32,000 nucleotides of DNA from Arthrobacter sp. H14-L1. GTDB taxonomy: Bacteria; Actinomycetota; Actinomycetes; Actinomycetales; Micrococcaceae. The notes under the pieces are model-generated. The model had not been told where the DNA came from. It saw nothing but the letters and a program-made list of their open reading frames with translations, and searched no databases. Both the position numbers and the translations under genes were made by a program. This document shows positions 9,560 to 18,996 of this stretch, piece after piece. Every line of letters starts with the position of its first letter. Positions within the stretch are counted from its first letter, which is position 1. Location of the stretch: contig NZ_JAPNLH010000026.1 in NCBI RefSeq assembly GCF_026627425.1, positions 5,378-37,377 of the forward strand, written 5' to 3'.

Positions 9560-10473
9560 TGCCGTCCTTTGTGCTTGCCGGGTATCTGGAAGTTGAAGAC
9601 CGAGGTATCGAATTGATTGTAGGATTCATAATCCACCAATTCATACAAACGCGCACGAGTGAGCATCTGACTGACAGCGGATTCCTGCGTTCCGTTGGCC
9701 TTGATGGCATCCAGCGTCCGCTCCGCCGCCCCCATGGCGCTGCGCAGCAGGGTCACCGGGTAGATGACCATGTTCACCCCCACGGAGGCCAGCTGTGCCG
9801 CCGTGAACAGCTCACTCTTGCCGAATTCGGTCATGTTCGCCAGGATCGGCACATCCACCGCCGCCCTGATGGCAGCGAATTCCGTGAGATCTTTCATCGC
9901 TTCGGGGAAGATTGCGTCCGCGCCTGCGTCCACCAGAGCCCGTGCCCGGTCCTGTGCGGCCACCAGCCCGTCAGTTGCGCGGATGTCGGTGCGGGCCATG
10001 ATCAGGAAGTTCGGATCCCGGCGGGCGTCGGCAGCGGCGCGGATCCGCTTGCAGGCCGTATCAAGGTCGACGACGTTCTTGCCGTCCAGATGACCGCACC
10101 TTTTGGGATTGAACTGGTCTTCGATGTGGCATCCGGCCAGACCGGCATTTTCCAGTTCCTGGATACTGCGGGCCACATTCATCGGTTCGCCGAAGCCGGT
10201 GTCGGCATCAACGATGGAGGGCAGGTCCGTCATCCGGGCAATCTGTCCGGCACGGCCAGCCACTTCGGTTAAGGTAGTGAGCCCGATGTCGGGCAGACCC
10301 AGATCGTTGGCGAGGACCGCGCCGGAGATATAGACGCCGTCGAAGCCCTTTTCCTGGATCAGCCGGGCGGAGAGCGGATTAAAAGCCCCTGGAAACTGCA
10401 TCAGCGTGCCGGAGGCCAGACCGTCCCGGAGTGCAACGCGTTTTTGCTCGGGCGTCGTGACAGAATACAGCAT
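9556..10473 (-). CDS. prpB: Methylisocitrate lyase
   Basis: The track ORF 9556-10848 is trimmed to the ATG at 10473 ([19 protein letters not shown]...), which overlaps the prpD TAA by 1 nt. ICL/PEP-mutase signature KRCGHLDGK. Confidence 0.9.
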   Translation of the reverse strand: MLYSVTTPEQKRVALRDGLASGTLMQFPGAFNPLSARLIQEKGFDGVYISGAVLANDLGLPDIGLTTLTEVAGRAGQIARMTDLPSIVDADTGFGEPMNVARSIQELENAGLAGCHIEDQFNPKRCGHLDGKNVVDLDTACKRIRAAADARRDPNFLIMARTDIRATDGLVAAQDRARALVDAGADAIFPEAMKDLTEFAAIRAAVDVPILANMTEFGKSELFTAAQLASVGVNMVIYPVTLLRSAMGAAERTLDAIKANGTQESAVSQMLTRARLYELVDYESYNQFDTSVFNFQIPGKHKGRQ

Positions 10474-12020
10474 TAGAAGAGTCCCTTCGGTGCGACCGCC
10501 AGATTGATGATGCCCTCTGCCGCCTGGATGTTCAGACCATCCAATTCCCCGGCAGCCAATTCGGGCAGCCGCTGGACGGTGTCCAGGAAACGGTTGATCT
10601 CCGCCTCGTCCACCAGCCGCCGGCCGTTGTCCCCGGCAGCCAGGGTGCGGAATTTGTTGATGTACTGCTCGCGGGCGAAGGGCCGGGCACCCAGCGGGTG
10701 AGCGTCGGCAACGGCGATCTGGTCCGTGATGGTCCGGCCATCCGTCAGCGTGATCTCCACGGAGCCGCCGAAGGCCTTTTCCTGCGGGTCCAGCGAGTGG
10801 TAGCGCCGGGTCCATTCGGGGTCCTCCGCCGTGCTGACCTTGTGCCACAATTCCACCGTATCGGCACGCCCCGCGCGCTCTGGGGCATAAGAGTTCACAT
10901 GGTGCCAGGCACCGTCCTGCAAGGCAACAGTGAAAATGTACGGAATCGAATGGTCCAGCGTCTCACGGGACGCGGTGGGGTCATACTTCTGCGGATCGTT
11001 GGCCCCGGACCCGATCACAAAATGCGTGTGGTGGCTCGTGCGGATGACGATGCTTTGCACCAGATCGTTCACTGTGGCCGGATCCGCCAGCTCCGGGTAC
11101 TGGCCGTGCAGCTTCCGCGCCAGGTCAATCAAGGCCTGGGCCTGGTATTCCGCGGAGTGTTCTTTGGTGTAGGTATCCAGGATGGCCAGTTTCGCTTCAC
11201 CCTCGGCCGGCAGCGGGACCTGATAGGAACCGTCCGGGCCGTCCAGCAGCCAAGCGATAACGCCGTCTTCGCCCTCGTAAATCGGGGTGGGGGACGTCTG
11301 CCCGCGCATCGCGCGGTCCACCGCTTCAATCGCCATTTTTCCGGCAAACGCCGGTGCATAGGCCTTCCAGGTGGAGATTTCACCCTTGCGCGATTGGCGC
11401 GTCGCCGTCGTCGTGTGCAGTGCCTGGCCAACCGCCTGGAAGATCGTTTCCGCATCCAGACCGAGCAGTGTGCCGATACCTGCCGCCGCGGACGGCCCGA
11501 GATGGGCCACATGATCAATTTTGTGTTCATGCAGGCAGATGGATTTAACCAGGTCCACCTGAATCTCATAACCGGTGGCAATGCCCCGAATCAGATCCGC
11601 TCCGCTGCACCCGACGTGCTGGCCCACGGCCAGGATCGGCGGAATGTTGTCCCCGGGGTGGGAATACTCCGCAGCCAGGAACGTGTCGTGGTAGTCCAGC
11701 TCGCGCACGGCGACGCCGTTGGCCCAAGCCGCCCACTCGGGGGAAACGCGGTCCGTAATCCCGTAAACTGATGATCCTCTGCCGCCGGCGCTCGGCCCGT
11801 GCGCCAGCGCCTGCGCCCGGGCAGCCACAATAGGTGCACGATTCAGGGACGCCACTGCCACCGCGGCGTTGTCGATAATCCGGTTGATGACCATGTCGGT
11901 GACCGCGTCCGTGACAGCGACCGGATCCGCTGCCACCTTGGCGATCTTGTAAGCGAGTTGTTCTTCGCGGGGGAGGTTTTCCTCGCTCTTGTGGACGCGG
12001 ACGTGATGAGTGAGCACCAT
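10473..12020 (-). CDS. prpD: 2-methylcitrate dehydratase (MmgE/PrpD family)
   Basis: 515 aa with PrpD-family sequence throughout (…[16 protein letters not shown]…[12 protein letters not shown]…). RBS GAGAGGAAACC directly before the ATG at 12020. Confidence 0.9.
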   Translation of the reverse strand: MVLTHHVRVHKSEENLPREEQLAYKIAKVAADPVAVTDAVTDMVINRIIDNAAVAVASLNRAPIVAARAQALAHGPSAGGRGSSVYGITDRVSPEWAAWANGVAVRELDYHDTFLAAEYSHPGDNIPPILAVGQHVGCSGADLIRGIATGYEIQVDLVKSICLHEHKIDHVAHLGPSAAAGIGTLLGLDAETIFQAVGQALHTTTATRQSRKGEISTWKAYAPAFAGKMAIEAVDRAMRGQTSPTPIYEGEDGVIAWLLDGPDGSYQVPLPAEGEAKLAILDTYTKEHSAEYQAQALIDLARKLHGQYPELADPATVNDLVQSIVIRTSHHTHFVIGSGANDPQKYDPTASRETLDHSIPYIFTVALQDGAWHHVNSYAPERAGRADTVELWHKVSTAEDPEWTRRYHSLDPQEKAFGGSVEITLTDGRTITDQIAVADAHPLGARPFAREQYINKFRTLAAGDNGRRLVDEAEINRFLDTVQRLPELAAGELDGLNIQAAEGIINLAVAPKGLF

Positions 12021-12061
12021 GGTTTCCTCTCGGGTTTTGCCGGCTGCCGGCCGGCGGATGG

Positions 12062-12730
12062 TTACTGGGGGTGAGTGTTGATGGTCAGCGGGTGCTGGGG
12101 GTTAGTGGAGAGGAGATGGTCCAGGCTGTTGTCCAGATGGACCGTGGTGGCGGCACTGGCGACCCGGGCATTGCCCTTCGCGATTGCCCGGGCAATAGTG
12201 GCGTGTTCCTGGGCAGCGGCCAGCAGTCTGCCGGGGTTGTCCTGGGAGAGTCGACGGACCCGGACCAGATGCACCCGGAGACCTTTCAGTGCCTGCGCCA
12301 GGTAACTATTGCCGATGGCGGCATCAACGGCCGCATCGAGGCGGCTCACCAGCTCGTAGTACGCAGCGCGGGACGGATCGGGATCGTTGAGCAGCCCCGC
12401 CGCGCCGGTGAGTTCCGCGGACAACTGGCCAAACACTTCCCGGTCGCCTCGCTCGGAGGCGAGCTCGGCGGCGCGGCACTCCAGCGTTGCCCGGAGCTCA
12501 AACAGCTCACGAACCTGATGCAGGGAAATGTCCGTGACCACCACGCCGCGGCCGCGCTGTGCCGCCGTCAGGCCTTCCGCTGTAAGCCTGGCGAGCGCCT
12601 CCCGCAAGGGTGTGCGGGAAACGCCCAGCCGCTCGGACTGCTCCACCTCGGCCAGCACCGATCCGGGAGGCAGGCGCCAGTGAACGATGTCGGCACGCAA
12701 AGCCGCGTAGGCACGATCGCTGGCCCGCAT
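12062..12730 (-). CDS. GntR-family (FadR/FCD-type) transcriptional regulator, probable prp regulator
   Basis: The track ORF is trimmed to the ATG at 12730, which is preceded by GGGAGG. N-terminal winged HTH ...[29 protein letters not shown] and a helical FCD-like C-terminal domain. It lies 41 nt upstream of prpD on the same strand. Confidence 0.85.
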   Translation of the reverse strand: MRASDRAYAALRADIVHWRLPPGSVLAEVEQSERLGVSRTPLREALARLTAEGLTAAQRGRGVVVTDISLHQVRELFELRATLECRAAELASERGDREVFGQLSAELTGAAGLLNDPDPSRAAYYELVSRLDAAVDAAIGNSYLAQALKGLRVHLVRVRRLSQDNPGRLLAAAQEHATIARAIAKGNARVASAATTVHLDNSLDHLLSTNPQHPLTINTHPQ

Positions 12731-12817
12731 GCTGCCTCCCTGCTTGGTTCTGCTCGGCCTACTTCGGATTGCCCCGGAGGCGAAATGCGAGAAATGCCGC
12801 CAGAACTCTTCACTCAG

Positions 12818-12825
12818 TGTATACA
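12818..12825. promoter_or_regulatory. Candidate GntR operator 1 (perfect palindrome TGTATACA)
   Basis: Read directly in the gntR-prpE divergent region, 88 nt upstream of the gntR ATG. It matches the generic GntR/FadR half-site logic (GT-N-AC). Confidence 0.45.
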
Positions 12826-12890
12826 AAGACTGCGCGAAATCCATATAAATCTATGAAGTTAGCCGCATTTGTTGAGAAACTTTCTACCTA

Positions 12891-12898
12891 TGTATACA
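12891..12898. promoter_or_regulatory. Candidate GntR operator 2 (perfect palindrome TGTATACA)
   Basis: An 8-mer identical to operator 1, 73 bp away and 73 nt upstream of the prpE ATG. It lies just upstream of a possible promoter: TTGTTT 12905-12910, 18-nt spacer, TAGTAT 12929-12934. Confidence 0.45.
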
Positions 12899-12970
12899 CG
12901 CCTCTTGTTTTATCACCTGAGTAGCAGTTAGTATGACTGACATCACAGCAGTGCCGATGGGAGAGTTGAC

Positions 12971-14875
12971 ATGTCAGAAGAGGACTACCGGGCGGTCTAT
13001 CAGCGCAGTCTGCACGATCCGGAGGGATTCTGGCTGGAAGCTGCACGGGCAGTTGACTGGGATCAGGAGCCCTCGCGCGCCTTAGATGGTGCCTCCGCGC
13101 TGATCAGCAAATGGTTTCCCGACGCGAGGATCAATACCTCGTTTAATGCTCTGGACCGCCATGTGCTGGCCGGTCGCGGCGGGCAGGATGCACTGATCTA
13201 TGACTCCGCGATGCTCGGGATCCAACGGCACTACAGCTACGCGGAGCTAACGGACCTGGTGGCGCGCTTTGCCTCAGTGCTGCGTTCGCACGGGGTCGAC
13301 AAGGGGGACCGCGTTGTCATCTACATGCCAATGATTCCCGAAACCGTGATCGCCATGCTGGCCACCGCACGCCTGGGGGCGGTGCATTCGGTCGTCTTCG
13401 GCGGATTTGCCGCAGCCGAGCTGGCATCGCGCATCGCCGATGCCCAGCCGGCCGTTGTCGTGACAGCATCGGGCGGGCTGGAACCGAGCCGACGCATCGA
13501 GTACCTGCCCGCCGTGGCCGAGGCGCTGCGGCTGGCCGATGCCGGCAGTACGCCGGTTATCGTCAAGGTCCGGGACGGCTTTGAGGCCGCCGCGGGCGGC
13601 AGCGGTTCACCATACGAGAGCTGGCGCGACTGGGATACGGAGATGCTCGAAGCCGGGCCTGCGGATCCGGTCCCCGTGGCTGCGTCGGATCCACTGTACG
13701 TTCTTTACACCTCGGGAACCACCGGTGCGCCCAAGGGTGTGGTCCGGGACAACGGCGGACATGCCACGGCGCTGATGTGGACCATGACGAACCTTTACGA
13801 CATCCATCCCGGCGACGTGATGTGGACCGCCTCGGACGTGGGCTGGGTGGTGGGGCACTCCTACATCGTCTACGGCCCCTTACTGGCGGGCGCCACCACC
13901 GTCCTCTATGAAGGAAAGCCGGTCGGAACGCCGGACGCCGGAGCCTTCTGGCGTGTGGTCAGCGACCACCGCGTCCGCGTGCTCTTCACAGCGCCCACGG
14001 CGCTACGGGCCATCCGCAAGGTTGATCCGGAGGCTGCCGAACTGGCTAAATACGATATGTCCTCGCTGACAACGCTTTTCGCGGCGGGGGAGCGTCTGGA
14101 CTCGGACACTTATCACTGGGCCGGACGCGTACTCAACGTTCCCGTGGTGGATCACTGGTGGCAGACCGAGACGGGGTGGGCCATCTGCGGCAATCCGCGC
14201 GGGCTTGAGCCGTTGCCGATCAAGGCAGGGTCGCCGTCGTTCCCGATGCCGGGCTTTGACCTGCGCATCGTCGACGGACGAGGGGACCGGGTACCGACGG
14301 GAACGGAGGGGAACATTGTGCTCGGCCTGCCGTTGCCGCCGGGCACCCTGATGACCTTGTGGGGTAGCGATGAACGTTATATCTCCTCTTACCTGAACGC
14401 CTTCCCGGGCTACTACACGACCGGTGATTCCGGCTACGTGGACGAGGACGGCTACGTCTTTGTGATGGGCCGCACCGACGACGTGATCAATGTGGCCGGC
14501 CACCGGCTGTCAACCGGCGCCATCGAACAGGTTCTGGCGCAGCACCCCGCAGTGGCCGAATGCGCCGTCATCGGGCTGGCCGACGTGCTCAAAGGCCAGC
14601 GGGCCAGCGCCTACATTGTGCTGAAATCCGGCGTGCACATCACCGAAGAACAGCTGGTGAAGGAGCTGGTAACGATGGTCCGCGAACACATTGGCCCGGT
14701 GGCCGACTTCAAACAGGCGGTGGTCGTTGACTCGCTGCCCAAGACCCGGTCGGGGAAGATTCTGCGCAAGACAATGCGCCAGATTGCCGACGGCCACGAG
14801 TACACGGTTCCATCCACCATCGAGGATGCCAGCGTCATTGACTCGCTCTTGCCCATCCTGCGGATGCCACGGTGA
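12971..14875 (+). CDS. prpE: Propionate--CoA ligase (acyl-CoA synthetase, ACS/PrpE family)
   Basis: 634 aa. The N-terminus ...YQRSLHDPEGFWLEAARAVDWDQ... and the block GDRVVIYMPMIPETVIAMLATARLGAVHSVVFGGFAA closely resemble E. coli PrpE as I recall it. AMP-binding motif YTSGTTGAPKG. Divergent from the prp regulator. Confidence 0.85.
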   Translation: MSEEDYRAVYQRSLHDPEGFWLEAARAVDWDQEPSRALDGASALISKWFPDARINTSFNALDRHVLAGRGGQDALIYDSAMLGIQRHYSYAELTDLVARFASVLRSHGVDKGDRVVIYMPMIPETVIAMLATARLGAVHSVVFGGFAAAELASRIADAQPAVVVTASGGLEPSRRIEYLPAVAEALRLADAGSTPVIVKVRDGFEAAAGGSGSPYESWRDWDTEMLEAGPADPVPVAASDPLYVLYTSGTTGAPKGVVRDNGGHATALMWTMTNLYDIHPGDVMWTASDVGWVVGHSYIVYGPLLAGATTVLYEGKPVGTPDAGAFWRVVSDHRVRVLFTAPTALRAIRKVDPEAAELAKYDMSSLTTLFAAGERLDSDTYHWAGRVLNVPVVDHWWQTETGWAICGNPRGLEPLPIKAGSPSFPMPGFDLRIVDGRGDRVPTGTEGNIVLGLPLPPGTLMTLWGSDERYISSYLNAFPGYYTTGDSGYVDEDGYVFVMGRTDDVINVAGHRLSTGAIEQVLAQHPAVAECAVIGLADVLKGQRASAYIVLKSGVHITEEQLVKELVTMVREHIGPVADFKQAVVVDSLPKTRSGKILRKTMRQIADGHEYTVPSTIEDASVIDSLLPILRMPR

Positions 14876-14917
14876 GTGCAGCGCCTTCTGAGTTGGTGCA
14901 GGTGCCGCATTGTGGAA

Positions 14918-15622
14918 CTACCGCCAGCAGTATTCGTTTTCCGGCCTCCCTGGCGTCCCGTAACGGGCGCTGCGCAGCACAATTCCCGTATCGGACAGAT
15001 ATTCCAGATACCTACGGGCTGTGACTCGGGACATTCCGAGCCCGTCCATCACCTCGTAGGCCGACGCCGCCCGTCCAACTCCGCGTAAATAGGACACGAC
15101 GGCGGACAAGGTGGTCTCTGACAGGCCCTTTGGCAGCGGTGGTGTCGTGGGCGCCCGCAAACTGGCAAACGCCAGATCGACGTCGGTTTGCGAAGCAGGC
15201 GCGGTCGGAGAAGCCAGCTGCTGCCGGAAGTCTCGGTAGCTGACAAGCTTTTCCGCGAACATCGCATAGCTGAAGGGTTTGATGAGGTATTGGACTGCGC
15301 CGCTGGAGATGGCGGTCCGGACCACTTTCAGGTCCCGGACGGCGGTGACGGCAATGATGTCCACGGCCAGACCGGCGGACCGGACGCGGCGGGCGATATC
15401 AAGTCCGTGCAAGTCGGGAAGATTCATATCCAGCAGCATGAGATCGATCGGTGCCCCGGCCTCGGCGCACTGCTGCAGGGCACGCAGCGCGGACTGACCA
15501 TCGTGGGCAATGCCACCGAGGGAAAAACCGCCGATCCGTTGCAGATAGGTGGCATGCGCATCGGCGGCAATTGGCTCGTCATCTACCACGAGGACGCGGA
15601 TCGGTTGCGGGAGAACGCTCAT
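14918..15622 (-). CDS. Two-component response regulator (CitB/DcuR family)
   Basis: Receiver domain IRVLVVDDEPIAA...MLLDMNLPDLHGLD...YLIKPF and a C-terminal HTH (GMSRVTARRYLEYLSDTG). ATGA overlap with the kinase stop (15619-15622). Confidence 0.85.
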   Translation of the reverse strand: MSVLPQPIRVLVVDDEPIAADAHATYLQRIGGFSLGGIAHDGQSALRALQQCAEAGAPIDLMLLDMNLPDLHGLDIARRVRSAGLAVDIIAVTAVRDLKVVRTAISSGAVQYLIKPFSYAMFAEKLVSYRDFRQQLASPTAPASQTDVDLAFASLRAPTTPPLPKGLSETTLSAVVSYLRGVGRAASAYEVMDGLGMSRVTARRYLEYLSDTGIVLRSARYGTPGRPENEYCWR

Positions 15623-17370
15623 TCGGGCTTCCCGGCAAGTTGTTCTACGATGGGTGTAAAAGAGTCCGGGTCCAGGGCTATGGGAAGAACGACCGTAAAA
15701 ACGGCGCCCGATCTTCCTGCAGCGACCCCTGTTCCTGTGGCGACCCCTGTTTTTTCAGGAGCCTCTGTTCCTGCAGCCCTCGGCGGCCCGGCGGGTGCGC
15801 CCGCGCGTGCGCCAATGATCAGCTGGCCGCCCAGCCGTTGGACGGTCTGCCGGACCAACGCCAGCCCGATTCCGCGACCCCCGCCGTCGGAGTGCTTGGT
15901 ACTGAAACCCTTGGCGAGGATGCCGGCGGTCTGCGCCGGATCCAGGCCCGGCCCGCTGTCGGAGACCTCCAGTTCCAGTCCGTCCACGGTAGGCCCAAGG
16001 TGCAGGGCAACCCAGCGTGGCTCGTCGCCCTCGGCCGCGGCATCCATCGCATTGTCCAGCAGATTCCCCAGAATGGTGACGACGTCGTGTGTGCGCACAC
16101 CGGAAAACTGGGTTTGTGTTTCGGTGCTGACCCGCAGCTCGATCCCGCGTTCATTGGCCTGGGCGATCTTGCCCATCAACAGGGCGCTAAGCACCGGTTC
16201 ATCTGCCGCGTTCAGAACCTCGTCGGCCAGCCGCTGGCTCAGCTGCAGATCCGCGGTGGCAAATTCCAACGCCTGAGCCGTGCGGCCCAACTCCAGTAAC
16301 GACACCAGCGTGTGGATCCGGTTGGCATGTTCATGGGTCTGGGCGCGCAGGGCGTCCGTGAGCGTCTGCGTCGAACGAAGTTCATCGCCAAGTTCGGCGA
16401 TGACGGTGTGATCCTGCACTGTGGTCACGGTCCCGATGCCGGGCGGCCCGGATCCGGCGGATGTTCCGGATCCGGGGGAGCGGGCCGGTTCCTGGCTGAC
16501 GATCAGCAGGCGCGTCTGCGTCAGATGTAGTTCGTCTCTGGCCGTCCGCCCGCTGTGCAGCAGCTCCTCCAGCGACGTCGGCAAATCCAGTTCCGCCAGC
16601 CGTGGCGCCGGCCCGTTGCCGGAGGGCGCCTTAATACCCAGCAGATGTGCCGCCTGGTCGTTGTACATCAACAGTTCGCCGTTGTGATCGGTCAATACCA
16701 GCCCGTCACGGACCGAGTGCAGCACGGATTCGTAGTAAACAAACAGCTGTCCGAGCCGTTCGGGACCCCAGCCCAAGGTGACCTTGCGCAGATAGCGCCC
16801 GAGCAGCCAGGAAATTAACGAGCCGCCCAGTAACAGGGCTGCCGCGATGCCGGCGACGGCGGGGAGCCTGGCCTGCAGCGCCACTTCAACGGTGGGAACC
16901 GTCACCCCGGATGCCACCAGTGCGCGGATCTTCCCGGTCGAGTCCTTGACCGGGACAATAGCCCGCACGGAGGGACCCAGGGTGCCGGCTGTCACTTCCG
17001 TATAGGTATCTCCGGCGAGCGCCTGATCGATCGAGCCGATGTAGCGACGGCCGATTTCTGCCGGGTCCGGGTGGGTCCACCGGGTGCGGTCCGGTGCCAT
17101 GATGGTGACGAAATCCACCCTCGCATCGGCCATCACCCGCAGGGCGTAGGGCTGGAGCAGTCCGGACGGATCGGCCGAACCGGCTGCAGTGAGCACCAGC
17201 GGATTGTCCGCCACGGTTCCTGCCACGGACACCATCCGCTCCTGCGCCTGGCTGTAAGCCTGATTGCGTGCATCGGCGAACAGCAGCAGTGCCAGCACCG
17301 CGGTGAGCAGCAGCACAAACAGAACTTGCGCGGCAAACAGGCGTCGCGCAAGGCTCCAGCTGCGGATCAC
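15619..17370 (-). CDS. Sensor histidine kinase (CitA/DcuS family)
   Basis: TM1 (FAAQVLFVLLLTAVLALLLF), a periplasmic sensor region, TM2 (AVAGIAAALLLGGSLISWLL), a PAS region, an H-box region (AQTHEHANRIHTL) and HATPase motifs (ILGNLLDNAMDAA...DSGPG). The start is uncertain. The track uses a TTG at 17439. I prefer the GTG at 17370, with AGGAGG 11 nt upstream. Confidence 0.85.
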   Translation of the reverse strand: MIRSWSLARRLFAAQVLFVLLLTAVLALLLFADARNQAYSQAQERMVSVAGTVADNPLVLTAAGSADPSGLLQPYALRVMADARVDFVTIMAPDRTRWTHPDPAEIGRRYIGSIDQALAGDTYTEVTAGTLGPSVRAIVPVKDSTGKIRALVASGVTVPTVEVALQARLPAVAGIAAALLLGGSLISWLLGRYLRKVTLGWGPERLGQLFVYYESVLHSVRDGLVLTDHNGELLMYNDQAAHLLGIKAPSGNGPAPRLAELDLPTSLEELLHSGRTARDELHLTQTRLLIVSQEPARSPGSGTSAGSGPPGIGTVTTVQDHTVIAELGDELRSTQTLTDALRAQTHEHANRIHTLVSLLELGRTAQALEFATADLQLSQRLADEVLNAADEPVLSALLMGKIAQANERGIELRVSTETQTQFSGVRTHDVVTILGNLLDNAMDAAAEGDEPRWVALHLGPTVDGLELEVSDSGPGLDPAQTAGILAKGFSTKHSDGGGRGIGLALVRQTVQRLGGQLIIGARAGAPAGPPRAAGTEAPEKTGVATGTGVAAGRSGAVFTVVLPIALDPDSFTPIVEQLAGKPE

Positions 17371-17421
17371 GGGCGTTGACTCCTCCTGGTGCGGGACCTG
17401 CGGATCTGGAAAAGGAAACTG

Positions 17422-17447
17422 TGAACAATATGAACGCAAGGGTGAAC
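17422..17447. promoter_or_regulatory. Three direct TGAAC repeats (candidate response-regulator site)
   Basis: TGAAC occurs at 17422, 17431 and 17443 (ctGTGAACaataTGAACgcaagggTGAACgtc), in the divergent region between the kinase/regulator operon and dctA. Confidence 0.3.
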
Positions 17448-17524
17448 GTCATCACATCTGCGGCCATGCTGGTCAAGGCGCGGTGCACTTACCGCCCCCT
17501 CAAGACTAGCTAAAGGAACGTGCG

Positions 17525-18934
17525 ATGACCTCACGGCAGGAACATTCGTCTCGAGCAGCAGCTGAACCTGCGGTCCGCCGCAAGGGACTGGACAGGACCC
17601 ATTGGTTGTACATCGCCGTCGTCGTTGCGGTGATCCTCGGCGTCGTCGTCGGACTCGCCTTCCCGGGCAAAACCGGCGCCGCAGCGCAGCTGAAGCCGCT
17701 CGGTGACGGCTTCATCGCGCTGATCAAAATGATGATCGCACCGATCATTTTCTGCACCATAGTGCTCGGGATTGGCTCGATAGCCAAGGCCGCAACGGTC
17801 GGCAAGGTGGGCGGCCTGGCGCTGCTGTACTTCATGGTGATGTCTACCTTTGCACTGGCCATCGGCTTGTTGGTCGGGAACATCATCCAGCCCGGCGCCG
17901 GCCTGCACCTGCAGGATGCCGTCTACAAGGCACCCGCGGAAAGTGCTTCCAGCACTGAATTCCTGCTGGGCATCATTCCCACCACGCTGCTGTCATCGCT
18001 GACCGGCACCAACATTCTGCAGACACTGCTGGTTGCGTTGCTGGTGGGGTTTGGGCTGCAGAAAATGGGGAAAGCCGGAAAACCGATCCTCACGGGCATT
18101 GCGCATATCCAAGCCCTGGTATTCCGCATCCTGATCATGGTCATGTGGCTGGCCCCGGTCGGCGCGTTCGGTGCCATTGCCGCCGTCGTCGGACTGACCG
18201 GCTGGCAGGCGGTGCTGAGCCTGCTGTCTCTGATGGGCGCGTTCTACCTGACCTGTGCGATCTTCATCGTGTTGATCCTGGGAACCCTCCTGAAGCTGGC
18301 CACCGGCGTGAACATTTTCAAGTTGATGCGGTACCTGGGCCGGGAATACCTGCTGATCGTTTCCACATCCTCCTCGGAGGTGGCCCTGCCCCGGCTAATC
18401 GCCAAGATGGAGCACTTGGGCGTTTCCAAGCCGGTCGTGGGCATCACGGTACCCACCGGCTACTCCTTCAATCTGGACGGCACGGCCATTTACCTCACCA
18501 TGTCCGCGTTGTTCATCGCCTCGGCGATGGGTAAGCCGCTGGACATCGGTTCGCAGATCGGGCTGCTGGTTTTCATGATCATTGCGTCCAAGGGTGCCGC
18601 TGGGGTCAGCGGCGCCGGCTTGGCCACGCTGGCCGGCGGTCTGGCCTCACACCGGCCTGATCTGGTCGGCGGTGTCTCATTCATTGTCGGCATTGACCGG
18701 TTTATGTCCGAAGCGCGGGCGCTGACGAACTTCACCGGAAACGCCGTCGCCACGGTGCTGATGGGCACTTGGGTCAAGGAAATCGACCGGAGCCGGGTCG
18801 ACCGTGTCCTGGATCGGCTCGAGCCGTTCGATGAGGCGACAATGATTTCGCACGAGGGCGACGTCCCACAGCATGGGAAGGTGGAAGCCGCGCTGGGAGG
18901 TCCGCTGGCGCACGGAGAAAAGGTCGGCGTCTAA
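17525..18934 (+). CDS. dctA: C4-dicarboxylate/cation symporter (DAACS family)
   Basis: 469 aa polytopic protein with DctA-like motifs LIKMMIAPIIFCTIV, SSSEVALP and ...NFTGNAVAT. ATG at 17525 preceded by AAAGGAA. Confidence 0.9.
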   Translation: MTSRQEHSSRAAAEPAVRRKGLDRTHWLYIAVVVAVILGVVVGLAFPGKTGAAAQLKPLGDGFIALIKMMIAPIIFCTIVLGIGSIAKAATVGKVGGLALLYFMVMSTFALAIGLLVGNIIQPGAGLHLQDAVYKAPAESASSTEFLLGIIPTTLLSSLTGTNILQTLLVALLVGFGLQKMGKAGKPILTGIAHIQALVFRILIMVMWLAPVGAFGAIAAVVGLTGWQAVLSLLSLMGAFYLTCAIFIVLILGTLLKLATGVNIFKLMRYLGREYLLIVSTSSSEVALPRLIAKMEHLGVSKPVVGITVPTGYSFNLDGTAIYLTMSALFIASAMGKPLDIGSQIGLLVFMIIASKGAAGVSGAGLATLAGGLASHRPDLVGGVSFIVGIDRFMSEARALTNFTGNAVATVLMGTWVKEIDRSRVDRVLDRLEPFDEATMISHEGDVPQHGKVEAALGGPLAHGEKVGV

Positions 18935-18951
18935 ACGATCGAGCGTGCAGT

Positions 18952-18996
18952 TCAGGCCCCTGTTTGCCGACCGCTGGTCGGTAAACAGGGGCCTGA
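18952..18996. terminator. Strong hairpin (about 20-bp stem), probable bidirectional terminator
   Basis: TCAGGCCCCTGTTTGCCGAC (18952-18971) pairs with GTCGGTAAACAGGGGCCTGA (18977-18996), with one G-U pair and a 5-nt loop. It begins 18 nt after the dctA stop. No U-tract on either side. It overlaps the last 15 codons of the convergent ABC ATPase ORF. Confidence 0.65.

Noticed and set aside
12021-12061. Short GC-rich inverted repeat (GCCGGC-tgcc-GGCCGGC) between the GntR stop and the prpD start, considered as a terminator or attenuator.
   Set aside because: The stem is only about 6 bp, there is no U-tract, and the RBS for prpD follows immediately. This is insufficient to call a regulatory element.
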